NCBI GenBank assembly: GCA_965206595.1
Contig: OZ242214.1
Location: 2,080,001-2,144,000 of the forward strand
DNA length: 64,000 bases
Reading direction: 5' to 3'
Source: Candidatus Latescibacterota bacterium
GTDB lineage: Bacteria > Latescibacterota > UBA2968 > UBA8231
The notes beneath the pieces were generated by a model, which worked only from the letters and a program-made list of their open reading frames with translations, had not been told where the DNA came from and made no database searches. Made by a program: the position numbers and the translations under genes. Below are positions 31,788-40,899 of this stretch, piece after piece (positions within the stretch are counted from its first letter, which is position 1; each line of letters starts with the position of its first letter).

Positions 31788-32972
31788 TCACCCCATGGAG
31801 ACGAGGTAACCTGTCAGGCCCCCGGCGAGGATCAGCCAGGCCGGGCTCATGCCGGTGTACGTGGTGATGAGGAAGGCCATGCCCGCCATCCACCAGGAGA
31901 ACCCGCCGGTCAGCGAGGCTTCGGCCAGCTTCACGGTCACCGCCAGCATCAGCCCGGTGGCGCCGGCGTTCACGCCGTCGAGGAAGGCGCCGGCCAAGCG
32001 GGACTCGCGCAGCCGCGGGATCAGCGGGTTGACCGCGGCGACGTAGAAGAACGAGGGCAGGAAGATGGCGACCGTCGCCACCAGGGCTCCCCAGGGGCCG
32101 GCGATCACGTAGCCGATGAAGGTCGCCGTCGACAGCACCGGGCCGGGGGTGAACTGGCCCACGGCAACCGCCTCCATCAGCTGCTCGCCGGTGATGAGGC
32201 CGAGATCGTCGACGAGGCCGCCTTCGAGGAAGGCGATCAGCACGTAGCCGCTGCCGAAGAGGACGGCCCCGACTTTCAGGAAGAAGAGGCCGAGTGCCCA
32301 CAGCGGCACCGATACTGCGGCTCCGCCCGCGGCCATGGCGGCCGCGGAAATCGCCGCGGCCCGCGCCGGCACGGCTCCCAGGGCCGCGGTCAGACCGGCC
32401 CAGACCGCGGGCCCGGCCGGTTTCCGGATGCCGAGCCAGAGCATCCCGAGGAGGCCGGCGGCGAGCAGGGCCACCACCTCGAATCCCTGTCTGTAGGAGA
32501 CCGCGGCCACCGCGATCCCGATCAGCGCCAGGCGCCAGTCCCGGGCCGCGGTGCGCCCGAGCCGGAGGAGGGCCGCGGCGATGACGGCGACGACCACCGG
32601 CTTCACCCCGGCGAGGATCGGCTCCAGCTCCGGCAGGGTTCCCCAGCGCACGTACACGGCGGCGAGCACCCCCGTGATGAGGACCGCCGGGAGAATGAAG
32701 CAGATTCCCGCGGTCAGCAGTCCGGGCCAGCCGCCGCGGCGGTACCCGACATGGATCGCCATCTCGGTCGAGTTCGGCCCCGGGATCAGGTGCGTCGCCC
32801 CCAGGAGATCGAGGAAGCTTTCGCGCGACAGCCACTTGCGGCGCCCGACGACCTCCTCCTCCATCATGGCGATGTGCGCCGCGGGGCCGCCGAAGCCGAT
32901 AGTCCCCAGCTTCAGGAAAAGGCGGGCAATCGCCCCGACCGGGACCGGACGCGGCTCCTTCGTCTCCGTCAT
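31788..32972 (-). CDS. chrA: Chromate efflux transporter (long-chain CHR)
   Basis: GFGGPAAH, PGPNSTE, LFGSGY, GQFTPGP. Confidence 0.9.
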   Translation of the reverse strand: MTETKEPRPVPVGAIARLFLKLGTIGFGGPAAHIAMMEEEVVGRRKWLSRESFLDLLGATHLIPGPNSTEMAIHVGYRRGGWPGLLTAGICFILPAVLITGVLAAVYVRWGTLPELEPILAGVKPVVVAVIAAALLRLGRTAARDWRLALIGIAVAAVSYRQGFEVVALLAAGLLGMLWLGIRKPAGPAVWAGLTAALGAVPARAAAISAAAMAAGGAAVSVPLWALGLFFLKVGAVLFGSGYVLIAFLEGGLVDDLGLITGEQLMEAVAVGQFTPGPVLSTATFIGYVIAGPWGALVATVAIFLPSFFYVAAVNPLIPRLRESRLAGAFLDGVNAGATGLMLAVTVKLAEASLTGGFSWWMAGMAFLITTYTGMSPAWLILAGGLTGYLVSMG

Positions 32973-33254
32973 CGGTAGTGAAACCCTGTTGTCATCAACA
33001 GGTGCCTGGTGTCGCGCTCCTTCCGGCGTCGATTCGGCCGAACCAGCATCAGGGGAAATCGACCCGTTGTCCAACCACATCATCCGTGGATTCACCTCAT
33101 TGCTCTTTCTGGGGCTCCTGCGGTCCGGGCCCTTCGGCATAGGTGGGACGGCTCGCCGGAAAATAACCCGGCTCTTCCCCGGCTCAAACTGCTCCTCACC
33201 CCTGTTTTCCTTAGTCTTGTCGCCCACTTCTTCCCCTGACCAGGAGCTGGTTCA

Positions 33255-34551
33255 ATGTCGATCAGGACAGGTGCGGCCCAAACCGACATAACCCCTGCCG
33301 GGCCGGTGTGGATGGCCGGGTACGGGGACCGCGACCGGCGCTCCGAGGGGGTGTACCAGCCCCTGAGCGCCGGGGCGATCTATCTCGGGGGAGCTGCCGA
33401 CGAGGCCCTGCTGATCGCCGCGGACCTCATCGGCTTCGACCTCGCGTACGCGGCGCAGGCGAAGCAGCGGATCGCCGCGGCCACCGGCATGCTGCCGCGG
33501 CAGGTGGTGCTGACGGCGACGCACACCCATTGCGGCCCGCTCTTCTACCCGATGATGATGCCGGGCGAGCCGGAGCTGGAGTACGCCGGGCAGCTGTGCG
33601 AACGGCTGGTCGCCGTCGCCGTGGCCGCCCGCGGCGGCGCCGTTGCCGGGCGGGTCTCCTTTTCGAGGACGCGCTCCGGGTTCGGGGTCAACCGCCGGTT
33701 GCCGCGCCATGGCAAGAGCGGTGTTCGCTCCCAATCCGGACGGACCGGTCGACCGCGACCTCGACACCCTCTGGTTCGAGAGCGAAGCCGGCAAGCTGCT
33801 GGCAACCCTGACCGTGTACGGCTGTCACGCCACCAGCATGGGCGGCTACCTGGTCGGCGGGGATTACCCCGGGTTCCTCTGCGCGGGACTGCGGGAAAAA
33901 ACGGGGGCGCCGGCGTTCTTCAGCGCCGGATGCGCCGGCGACGTGCGGCCCTGGTACAACCCTGGGGGAGTCGGCTTCCGGCGCCCTGAGATCGACGAGG
34001 TCGCCGCCGCGGGAAGCGGCCTCGCCGAGGAAGTGCTGGCCGGCCGGGCTTCCTCGCTTCCTGTCGAGGCGGATGGGCTCGAGATCGCAGGTGACTTCCA
34101 CCTGCTCCCCTACGCGGGTCTCCCCGACGCCGCCCACCTCGACCGCTTCGCCGCCCGGGAAGCGGGACAGCGCCGCCGCTGGGCGCAATACATGAAGGAG
34201 CTGCTTTCCCTGGGAGCGCTGCCGGGGGGCTGTCCGCACGAGGTCCAGGTGCTTCAGCTCAACCCGGAATTCCGCGTTCTATTTCTGGGAGGGGAGGTGC
34301 TGAGCGAGATCGGCCTGCACCTGAAGCGGGCCCTGTCTCCCGCGGTCACCGTCGCCGCGGCCTGCAGCAACGGCCTGATCGGGTACATCCCCTCGAAGAA
34401 CGCCTACCCGCTGGGCGGGTACGAAGTCGACGGATCCCACCACTACTTCCGCCTGCCGGCGCCCTTCACCGAGGACGTCGAGGACCGGCTGGTGAGCAAG
34501 AGCGTCAGCGTCGTGGAGTCGATACGCCGGGCACCCCGTGGCCTTGCGTGA
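33255..34551 (+). pseudogene. Neutral/alkaline ceramidase N-terminal-domain protein, frameshifted near 33705 (real or sequencing error)
   Basis: DITP..MAGYG, ATHTHCGP, GVNRR in one frame; PNPDGPVD, YGCHAT, GCAGD, GGYE in the next. Confidence 0.75.
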
Positions 34552-34573
34552 ACCTCCTCCCCGCGGTCCCCAT

Positions 34574-35676
34574 GTTTCAATCCGCTCCCCTCACCGAAGC
34601 GAGGGGAGATTTTGTGCCCTGGTACTTGTTTCAATCCGCTCCCCTCACCGAAGCGAGGGGAGATAGCCATGCGCAGCCTGTGGCGGGATGTGACCAGTTT
34701 CAATCCGCTCCCCTCACCGAAGCGAGGGGAGGGAGACAAGCGAGGCTGATCTCGACGCGAGAATGTTTCAATCCGCTCCCCTCACCGAAGCGAGGGGAGA
34801 TTTTCCGGCGGCGAAGCGGAGAAATCCCAACTTGAGCGGTTTCAATCCGCTCCCCTCACCGAAGCGAGGGGAGATCCGTTGACCCCCAGACTGGTGACGA
34901 TCGTAGCCAGGCTGTTTCAATCCGCTCCCCTCACCGAAGCGAGGGGAGATCCCCCGAGGCGGTCGGCGGGATCGATCTTTCTGTTTCAATCCGCTCCCCT
35001 CACCGAAGCGAGGGGAGATCCCGACCTCCTCGACGCTCGGGCCCCGACCTCCTAGCCGTTTCAATCCGCTCCCCTCACCGAAGCGAGGGGAGATATGCTC
35101 GGCTGGCGTAGCGATTCAGCTACTTCCGAACGTTTCAATCCGCTCCCCTCACCGAAGCGAGGGGAGATCCAGAAGGAAGGGGCCGAACTTCCTTGCCAAA
35201 CGAGGGGTTTCAATCCGCTCCCCTCACCGAAGCGAGGGGAGATTCCGCGCACCTGGGCGAGGCTTCGGCTTCCTGGTAGTTTCAATCCGCTCCCCTCACC
35301 GAAGCGAGGGGAGATCGATACCCTGGAGGTATTCGAGTATTTCTCCGGCGTTTCAATCCGCTCCCCTCACCGAAGCGAGGGGAGATCTGTCGTTTATGGC
35401 CACTTCAACCAACATCGGGAGCAGTTTCAATCCGCTCCCCTCACCGAAGCGAGGGGAGATGTAATGGGGTTCTGAAAATTTCCGGCCTTCTTGTAAGTTT
35501 CAATCCGCTCCCCTCACCGAAGCGAGGGGAGATCTTTCTCCGAAGGGAATGAACAAACGAAGGGGGAGTTTCAATCCGCTCCCCTCACCGAAGCGAGGGG
35601 AGATTCTGGAATCCAAGAACGGGCTGCAAATCCCAGCTTGTTTCAATCCGCTCCCCTCACCGAAGCGAGGGGAGAT
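34574..35676 (-). CRISPR. CRISPR array, 16 repeats / 15 spacers; 37-bp repeat ATCTCCCCTCGCTTCGGTGAGGGGAGCGGATTGAAAC (transcribed strand)
   Basis: Repeats start at 34574, 34628, 34697, 34765, 34839, 34914, 34983, 35058, 35132, 35207, 35279, 35350, 35424, 35497, 35568, 35640; spacers 31-38 bp except one of 17 bp; hairpin with TTCG loop and ATTGAAAC end. Confidence 0.98.
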
Positions 35677-35858
35677 TGCTGGTTGCAGTAACCAGCAGAA
35701 TAACAAAGGGTTACACAGACCAATGCGCGATTCGGTGAAATCGTTGCCAGGAAGGGCCTGACCCGACTGTCGAAAACCGCGATAACCTGTTGCCATGCAG
35801 CCACTTTCCAGTTGCGCGAAAGCATGGACAAAACTCCGGCACTCCACTTTCGCGCGGG
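35677..35858 (-). promoter_or_regulatory. CRISPR leader
   Basis: Lower-GC non-coding gap between the cas2 stop and the first repeat; irregular units lie at the opposite array end. Confidence 0.7.
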
Positions 35859-36149
35859 CTACAAAACCAGTGGTGCGTTCAGGTCCACGGGTTCCTTGAT
35901 TCCGTGATGTTCCGTCTCCTTTCTGGCGTCTTCGTCGATGTGATAAAACCTGAGAGAATCCTGTTTTGGATCGATTTTCTGCAGCAGACGGTTCCTGAGC
36001 GTTGCCCATTCGGTTTTTCCTACCTGACATTCGAACAGCGATTTTTGCACCCGAACGCCGTAATCCTTACAGGCTCTTGCCACTTGGCGCAGCCGCTTTT
36101 GCCCGGCTCGGTCGACAGTGGAAACGTCGTATGCGATCAGGATAAACAT
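35859..36149 (-). CDS. cas2: CRISPR-associated endonuclease Cas2
   Basis: MFILIAYDVS..RLRQVARACKDYGVRVQKSLFEC..DSLRFY. Confidence 0.97.
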   Translation of the reverse strand: MFILIAYDVSTVDRAGQKRLRQVARACKDYGVRVQKSLFECQVGKTEWATLRNRLLQKIDPKQDSLRFYHIDEDARKETEHHGIKEPVDLNAPLVL

Positions 36150-36158
36150 GCGTCAATC

Positions 36159-36194
36159 CCTTCAATCCGTTCTTCTCATCAAGCGCGGGGTGAT
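36159..36194 (-). repeat. Degenerate CRISPR repeat between cas1 and cas2
   Basis: CCTTCAATCCGTTCTTCTCATC-AAGCGCGGGGTGAT matches 28/37 repeat positions by manual alignment. Confidence 0.8.
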
Positions 36195-36198
36195 ACTG

Positions 36199-37260
36199 CT
36201 ACTTCGAGATGAATGGGATGTAGTCGGAGATGTCGCCGCGAAGTGTTCGGGCCAACAGCCTGGCTTGAACACTGAACACTTGCCCGATACGAATATTCTG
36301 CTTGAACAGGGGGTGCTTTACTTCTGCTTGCTTGCGCCGTTGCCAAGCCTCGATGACCTCCTTCCTTCCCCGGTCGGTGAATTCTACGGCGCCGCCTTCT
36401 CGTTCGCGAAAGTGCTTGGACTCGATCTGCCGACGATTGACGAGGGTCAATGCCAGTCGCTCTGCCAGACAGGGCCGAAACTCTTCCATCAGGTCGAGGG
36501 CGCAGGCGGGCCTCCCGGCGCGCGTCGCATGAAGCCAGCCGACGTATGGGTCAAGCCCCGAGGTCGTCAGCGCGGCGAGGCAATCGTGGCGGAGCAGAGC
36601 ATAGATGAAGGAGAGCAGGCAGTTTATCCGATCCCGGGGCGGACGCCGCGTGCGGGTTACGAACCTGAAATCTTCGCGCTGTTGTTTGAGCATGCATCGG
36701 AACACCGAGAAATACGCCTTGGCGCCCAGGCCCTCCATGCCCCTGATCGGGTCGAGCGCTTCCCGTAGCCCGCAATCTGGGGCAACGGGCGGGGCATTGC
36801 CGAGTTGGTGAATCAGTTGGGCAAGTTCATCAGCCGCGCCCGTCAATGCCTTGCGATCCGCATCGCCATCGGTTTCCCGGCCGGAGCGCAAGAGGTTGGA
36901 GCGTGCGTTTTGCATTTTCCCCGCGACGAACTGCCGGGCGATGCGAGTCGCGTCCCGCGGGCTGTCCGCTGCGGCATACTGAGCACGCCGCAGCAAGTAG
37001 CGGGTGTCTCCACTTCCCAAGACTTGCGCCAAGAGGTAGCCGTTCTCGGTGTGGTAATGCACCGCCACCTGATGATCCCAGCACAGGGCCATGGCCGGCG
37101 GCGTAACCACGACCTGCCCGAACGCGCAAATACTTTCCAGATGGTGAATCGGCACGGTCAGGCGGGTTTGTTTTTCGATCTCGACCCGGAGTGTCAAGTG
37201 ATCCCTGAGCACCACGGTTTTCGGTGTCGTCAAGTAAAGAGTGTTTTGGATAACGGCCAT
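36199..37260 (-). CDS. cas1: Type I-C Cas1
   Basis: NTLYLTT, PIHHLESI, GMEG..A..YF, RRPPRDRINCLLSFIY, LDLMEEFR. Confidence 0.97.
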   Translation of the reverse strand: MAVIQNTLYLTTPKTVVLRDHLTLRVEIEKQTRLTVPIHHLESICAFGQVVVTPPAMALCWDHQVAVHYHTENGYLLAQVLGSGDTRYLLRRAQYAAADSPRDATRIARQFVAGKMQNARSNLLRSGRETDGDADRKALTGAADELAQLIHQLGNAPPVAPDCGLREALDPIRGMEGLGAKAYFSVFRCMLKQQREDFRFVTRTRRPPRDRINCLLSFIYALLRHDCLAALTTSGLDPYVGWLHATRAGRPACALDLMEEFRPCLAERLALTLVNRRQIESKHFREREGGAVEFTDRGRKEVIEAWQRRKQAEVKHPLFKQNIRIGQVFSVQARLLARTLRGDISDYIPFISK

Positions 37261-37293
37261 GTTTTATCTCCCATTATCGAAGCAAGTGGGGAC
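37261..37293 (-). repeat. Degenerate CRISPR repeat abutting the cas1 start codon
   Basis: GTTTTATCTCCCATTATCGAAGCAAGTGGGGAC: 19/26 identity over the hairpin part plus a GTTT end, with a 4-nt deletion. Confidence 0.65.
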
Positions 37294-37321
37294 CTCGCTT
37301 CGCACCGAGAGCCGGACGAGT

Positions 37322-38023
37322 CTATTCGGTAGTATCGAACACTGCCCGATAGGCTCGCCCCAGCGTGGGCGGAGCGCTGGTGATTTCGGGAAGGCAATGG
37401 TCGAAAAGCGAGCACTCCGAACATTGGGGCTTGTGGACGGCTTGGGGGACCACTTCCCCTTCGATCAGTCGGTGCATGGCTTCGATGGCCTGTTCGGTGA
37501 GGCGGCGCAAATCCTCGGTAAATTCCACCTCTCGGCGGCGCTTGCTCTTGGCGTGGAAGATCGCCCCCTTGGGAATGTCTAGTCCGAACATTTCTTCGAG
37601 GCACAACGCTTGCGCGCAAAGCTGGGCGTCGTCGTTGTCGAACTTGCGGCGTTTGCCCTTTTTGTATTCAACTGGATAGAGACTGTTGATATTCTCAGGC
37701 GAAAATCGGGATTTTTTTAGCTTTGAGTAGCTTTTGAATTTCACCTCAACAATATCACACTTTCCAGAAAGGCCCAGCCTTTGGGACCACACCGGCAATG
37801 CCCGAAGCACTTCTGTATCTGCCGCTTTCTCATACCCTGGCACATCGGCCTGTTCATGAAATTGACTGCCGATCAGTGTGTGCTCGTTATCGGCAAAGGT
37901 GCCCTCGACATGAATCAATGCCGCCCGCCGAGGGCAATAGAGGTACTGGTTGATAGCGGAGAGCGGAATGATCCGCCCCTCGCTATCGAATGGGTGGACC
38001 GGCTGGATAACCAATTCACTCAT
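37322..38023 (-). CDS. cas4: Cas4 (RecB-like nuclease, Fe-S)
   Basis: YLYCPRR, GKCDIVE, PVEYKKG, QLCAQALCLEEM, CSECSLFDHC. Confidence 0.97.
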   Translation of the reverse strand: MSELVIQPVHPFDSEGRIIPLSAINQYLYCPRRAALIHVEGTFADNEHTLIGSQFHEQADVPGYEKAADTEVLRALPVWSQRLGLSGKCDIVEVKFKSYSKLKKSRFSPENINSLYPVEYKKGKRRKFDNDDAQLCAQALCLEEMFGLDIPKGAIFHAKSKRRREVEFTEDLRRLTEQAIEAMHRLIEGEVVPQAVHKPQCSECSLFDHCLPEITSAPPTLGRAYRAVFDTTE

Positions 38024-38059
38024 GTTTCAATCCGCTCCCCTGCCGAATTGAGAGGAAGC
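38024..38059 (-). repeat. Degenerate CRISPR repeat abutting the cas4 start codon
   Basis: GTTTCAATCCGCTCCCCT (18 nt) identical to the array repeat; about 29/37 overall. Confidence 0.9.
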
Positions 38060-38072
38060 ATATACGTGCAGT

Positions 38073-39026
38073 TCACTCATGACGCCTGTGTAGGAGAACG
38101 CCAGCGGGCACATCGGCACTGTCCCACCCACATCCAACCTCATAATCGGCGAAGGATTCGGGGAATTCCGCGCCATCCTTCAGTTTCACCTCGATTCCCT
38201 CAAAGAGCTTGTGGGCATGGGCACAGCCGAGACGGGCTTCGCGTTTGTTTTGTTCGGCGTTGTTTTCATGTTGGGTGCCGACATGCTCAAAGTCGTAAAT
38301 ACCTCGCACTACCATTTCACCGCGGGCAGCGGAGCGATCATGCTCGAACATGTGGTTGAGCGCATCGAAAAGGATTTCGAGGTCGGCGTTGGTGAAACCG
38401 GTGCGCTCGGCGAAAGCAGGCGAGACGTAAACCTTGGCTGCGTAGAGAGCGTATGGGACGATGTGCTTATTGCCCATGGTACGTTCTTTGTCGGCATCTT
38501 CCTCTTTGGTGACGGCTCCACGGGTGATGGAGATTTCCAATGGCGTGATCGGATGGTACGACTGGCCAAAGGTGAACTGTACCGGGCCACGCACTTGGCC
38601 CCAAGCAGAGCCTTTCATGATGTCGTCGCCCACGGAAAGCACACCACCAAAGGCGCGAATATCAAAGAACTCGCGACACAGCCATTTCATGGCCACTTCT
38701 TGCTTTTGGTCTTTAGAAGCACCAGAATCCAAACTCTCGCCACTTTTCTTAACGGCGGTTGCGATTTCGTTGCCAAGAATAGCACCTTGCCTGACGAATA
38801 GGTTGAAGCCATTGCCATTGTCGCTAGCACGCTCGGGTGGGAACGTTTCCACGAAGTTGCGCACCTTGCGCTTGAGGCACACGTCGGAGACGATTCCCCG
38901 ATTGGTGTTGTGGTCTTGGCGCGGCATGTTACCAGCATCGGGATCGCCATTGGGATTTCCGTTGGTGACCTCGAAGAGCAGCAAAATATCATGCCGATTG
39001 GTGAGAATGTCGTTGTTTTGACTCAC
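38073..39026 (-). CDS. cas7: Type I-C Cas7 (Csd2)
   Basis: NGNPNGDPDAGNMPR, SDVCLKRKVRN, FFDIRAFG, VRGPVQ, TMGNKH.VPYALY, FEHDRSAARG. Confidence 0.97.
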   Translation of the reverse strand: MSQNNDILTNRHDILLLFEVTNGNPNGDPDAGNMPRQDHNTNRGIVSDVCLKRKVRNFVETFPPERASDNGNGFNLFVRQGAILGNEIATAVKKSGESLDSGASKDQKQEVAMKWLCREFFDIRAFGGVLSVGDDIMKGSAWGQVRGPVQFTFGQSYHPITPLEISITRGAVTKEEDADKERTMGNKHIVPYALYAAKVYVSPAFAERTGFTNADLEILFDALNHMFEHDRSAARGEMVVRGIYDFEHVGTQHENNAEQNKREARLGCAHAHKLFEGIEVKLKDGAEFPESFADYEVGCGWDSADVPAGVLLHRRHE

Positions 39027-39049
39027 GATGATTTCCTTTCTGTGGAGGA

Positions 39050-39463
39050 TTATTGGTTGCTTCCCTTTTTTTCTTTTGCTGCCTCGCGGGCGACGCGATC
39101 AGCGGCTTTTTGCTGATAAAAGCCGAGGGCAAAACGCCCCTGCGCGTGCAAATCCAGTGTACGGGGGAATGGGTAGATTTTAGTTGACACTTCTTGAATA
39201 GCCTCGTCTAAGAAGCGGTCATGTCCTTTGTACTTATCGGATTTGCGGATATTGTTGAGATGGTGGCGGTTGAGCTTGAGGAGGACGGGGAACACCGAGG
39301 CTGGCGAAGCCATGGCAGTACCAAAATAACGCTCGACGACTCCGGCCCCTTCGAGCTGATAATCATGTGCCTTGGCTTGGGTCTCGGCGAGTACAGCGAG
39401 TAGGCGTCCGCATTGATAGGCGGCATCTTTCGCTTTTGCGTCCTGTTGTTCAGTAATTTCCAT
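39050..39463 (-). CDS. cas11c: Probable internally translated Cas11c small subunit (137 aa)
   Basis: In-frame ATG at 39463 (MEITEQ..) preceded by AAGGAAAG; internal Cas11 translation from cas8c is established for type I-C. Confidence 0.7.
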   Translation of the reverse strand: MEITEQQDAKAKDAAYQCGRLLAVLAETQAKAHDYQLEGAGVVERYFGTAMASPASVFPVLLKLNRHHLNNIRKSDKYKGHDRFLDEAIQEVSTKIYPFPRTLDLHAQGRFALGFYQQKAADRVAREAAKEKKGSNQ

Positions 39464-40897
39464 AGTGCTTTCCTTTCGGTTCCGATTGAGAATGAGCTTC
39501 GCCAAGGCGAACCGTGAATGGTTCAACAATGCCGTGCTTCCATCGCGTGCCATATCAACGCGCAGGCGGTTCAACATGGGATGCAAAAGAGCAAGCGAGG
39601 GCGCAGTCCCTTCCAGCGCGGTACGAAACAACTGAGCGGTCACTTCCGTCTGCAAATCTTTTGCGTCGCGTACTGTAGTGCAAGCTAATCGGAACAGGGC
39701 TAGTGGCGGCATCTTTTCTTTGCCGGTGGGCAGGCGCACCGGCTCCAGATCGAGATCGTGGAACCAGCGCCGCAGGTTTTCCGTGGCGGTTTCCAGCGTA
39801 GTCTGCATCCAGTGGCGCACAACAATCCGCCCGCTGTTGCCTGCGAGAGTGACTGCATGGAATTGTTCCTGCCTCAGTGCCTCGCGTTCCCGGCCAGCCC
39901 ACGGAGACTTCAGGAAATCCGCCACTGCTTTGGGGTCGGCTTGGTTGAGTAAAGCCCCAAAAGTGCTGGTGGCGTCCGTTTCATTCCGGGTCCAAAAACA
40001 GCACGATGCTTGCCCTAAGCGGATAGAATGATCGTCGTGGCTAAGCATGGCATTAAGCGCGGTGCAATAGGCGGTGGCCGCCCGGGTGGAAGTAGAAGCG
40101 TTGAGACTTTGCTCAAAACCGTAGGAGGCGAAGGCATCCTTATCAAACGAGACAATCGCCGCGCCAAAGGCTTGGGTGTTGGGTACGCTTTGGATTTTGG
40201 GGTTGTGGGTCAGCGCAATAGGCTGATCGATCTCCCCGGTGACCAAGCAGAGTCCGTGAGGTGCATCCGCCTCGTGGTCTTCATTTTCCTTCTCGAATTG
40301 GCTCCGCCAAAAGGGCCGGATGCGAGTTTCATCCTCCAGCAGCAATTGTTCCTCCACACGGAATGAGAAGTTGTCCGGCCCCATTTTAACCTCTTCCCCA
40401 TCGGCTTTGGTGATCCACCAAGCAGGTTTCTCCCTAGACTTGGCGTCGGAACTGATACCCCAGCGCAAAAAAGATGGCATCTGCCCCGGTTCTGGCTTGA
40501 AGGCTAACAGAGTCTTGAGCGTAGGGCTGAGTGTTTTCTCATGGGCCTGTTCAATCTGTGCCCAAAAGTCATTGTACTTACGGAGGTTGTTCTCATTCCG
40601 GTTCTTCCGCTTCTTTTCGGACATAGGTTGTTCCGGATTTGTGTCCAATCCGAATACAGCCGTAATGCCGTCCGCCATGAACTCGGCCACCCCGCCAGCC
40701 ACCTTGGGCCGAGTTGTCTGTGGGCAATCGAACTCCTTGCCCCGGTTCCTTTCCCCCTCGGTTTCCACCGGTCCCTGCCCCACGAGATTGCCCATCGTGT
40801 CCAAAGTAATGATCCATCGCACCGCCTTGGGTTTGAAAGCTAGGTTATCGAGCAGGTTGCGAGAGTTCGCAAAATCGTTCAAATGTTGCAGCAGCAT
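39050..40897 (-). CDS. cas8c: Type I-C Cas8c (Csd1)
   Basis: CLVTGE, IVSFDKDAFASYG, NSGRIVVR, YQCGRLLAVL, QGRFALGFYQQ. Confidence 0.95.
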   Translation of the reverse strand: MLLQHLNDFANSRNLLDNLAFKPKAVRWIITLDTMGNLVGQGPVETEGERNRGKEFDCPQTTRPKVAGGVAEFMADGITAVFGLDTNPEQPMSEKKRKNRNENNLRKYNDFWAQIEQAHEKTLSPTLKTLLAFKPEPGQMPSFLRWGISSDAKSREKPAWWITKADGEEVKMGPDNFSFRVEEQLLLEDETRIRPFWRSQFEKENEDHEADAPHGLCLVTGEIDQPIALTHNPKIQSVPNTQAFGAAIVSFDKDAFASYGFEQSLNASTSTRAATAYCTALNAMLSHDDHSIRLGQASCCFWTRNETDATSTFGALLNQADPKAVADFLKSPWAGREREALRQEQFHAVTLAGNSGRIVVRHWMQTTLETATENLRRWFHDLDLEPVRLPTGKEKMPPLALFRLACTTVRDAKDLQTEVTAQLFRTALEGTAPSLALLHPMLNRLRVDMARDGSTALLNHSRFALAKLILNRNRKESTMEITEQQDAKAKDAAYQCGRLLAVLAETQAKAHDYQLEGAGVVERYFGTAMASPASVFPVLLKLNRHHLNNIRKSDKYKGHDRFLDEAIQEVSTKIYPFPRTLDLHAQGRFALGFYQQKAADRVAREAAKEKKGSNQ

Positions 40898-40899
40898 TA

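Noticed and set aside
34611-35639. Self-targeting spacers within the window
   Set aside because: No convincing match seen by eye; an exact search is needed to exclude it.
34443-35831. Short ORFs with repeated ISPRFGEGSGLK / FNPLPSPKRGE peptides
   Set aside because: They are translations of the CRISPR repeats.
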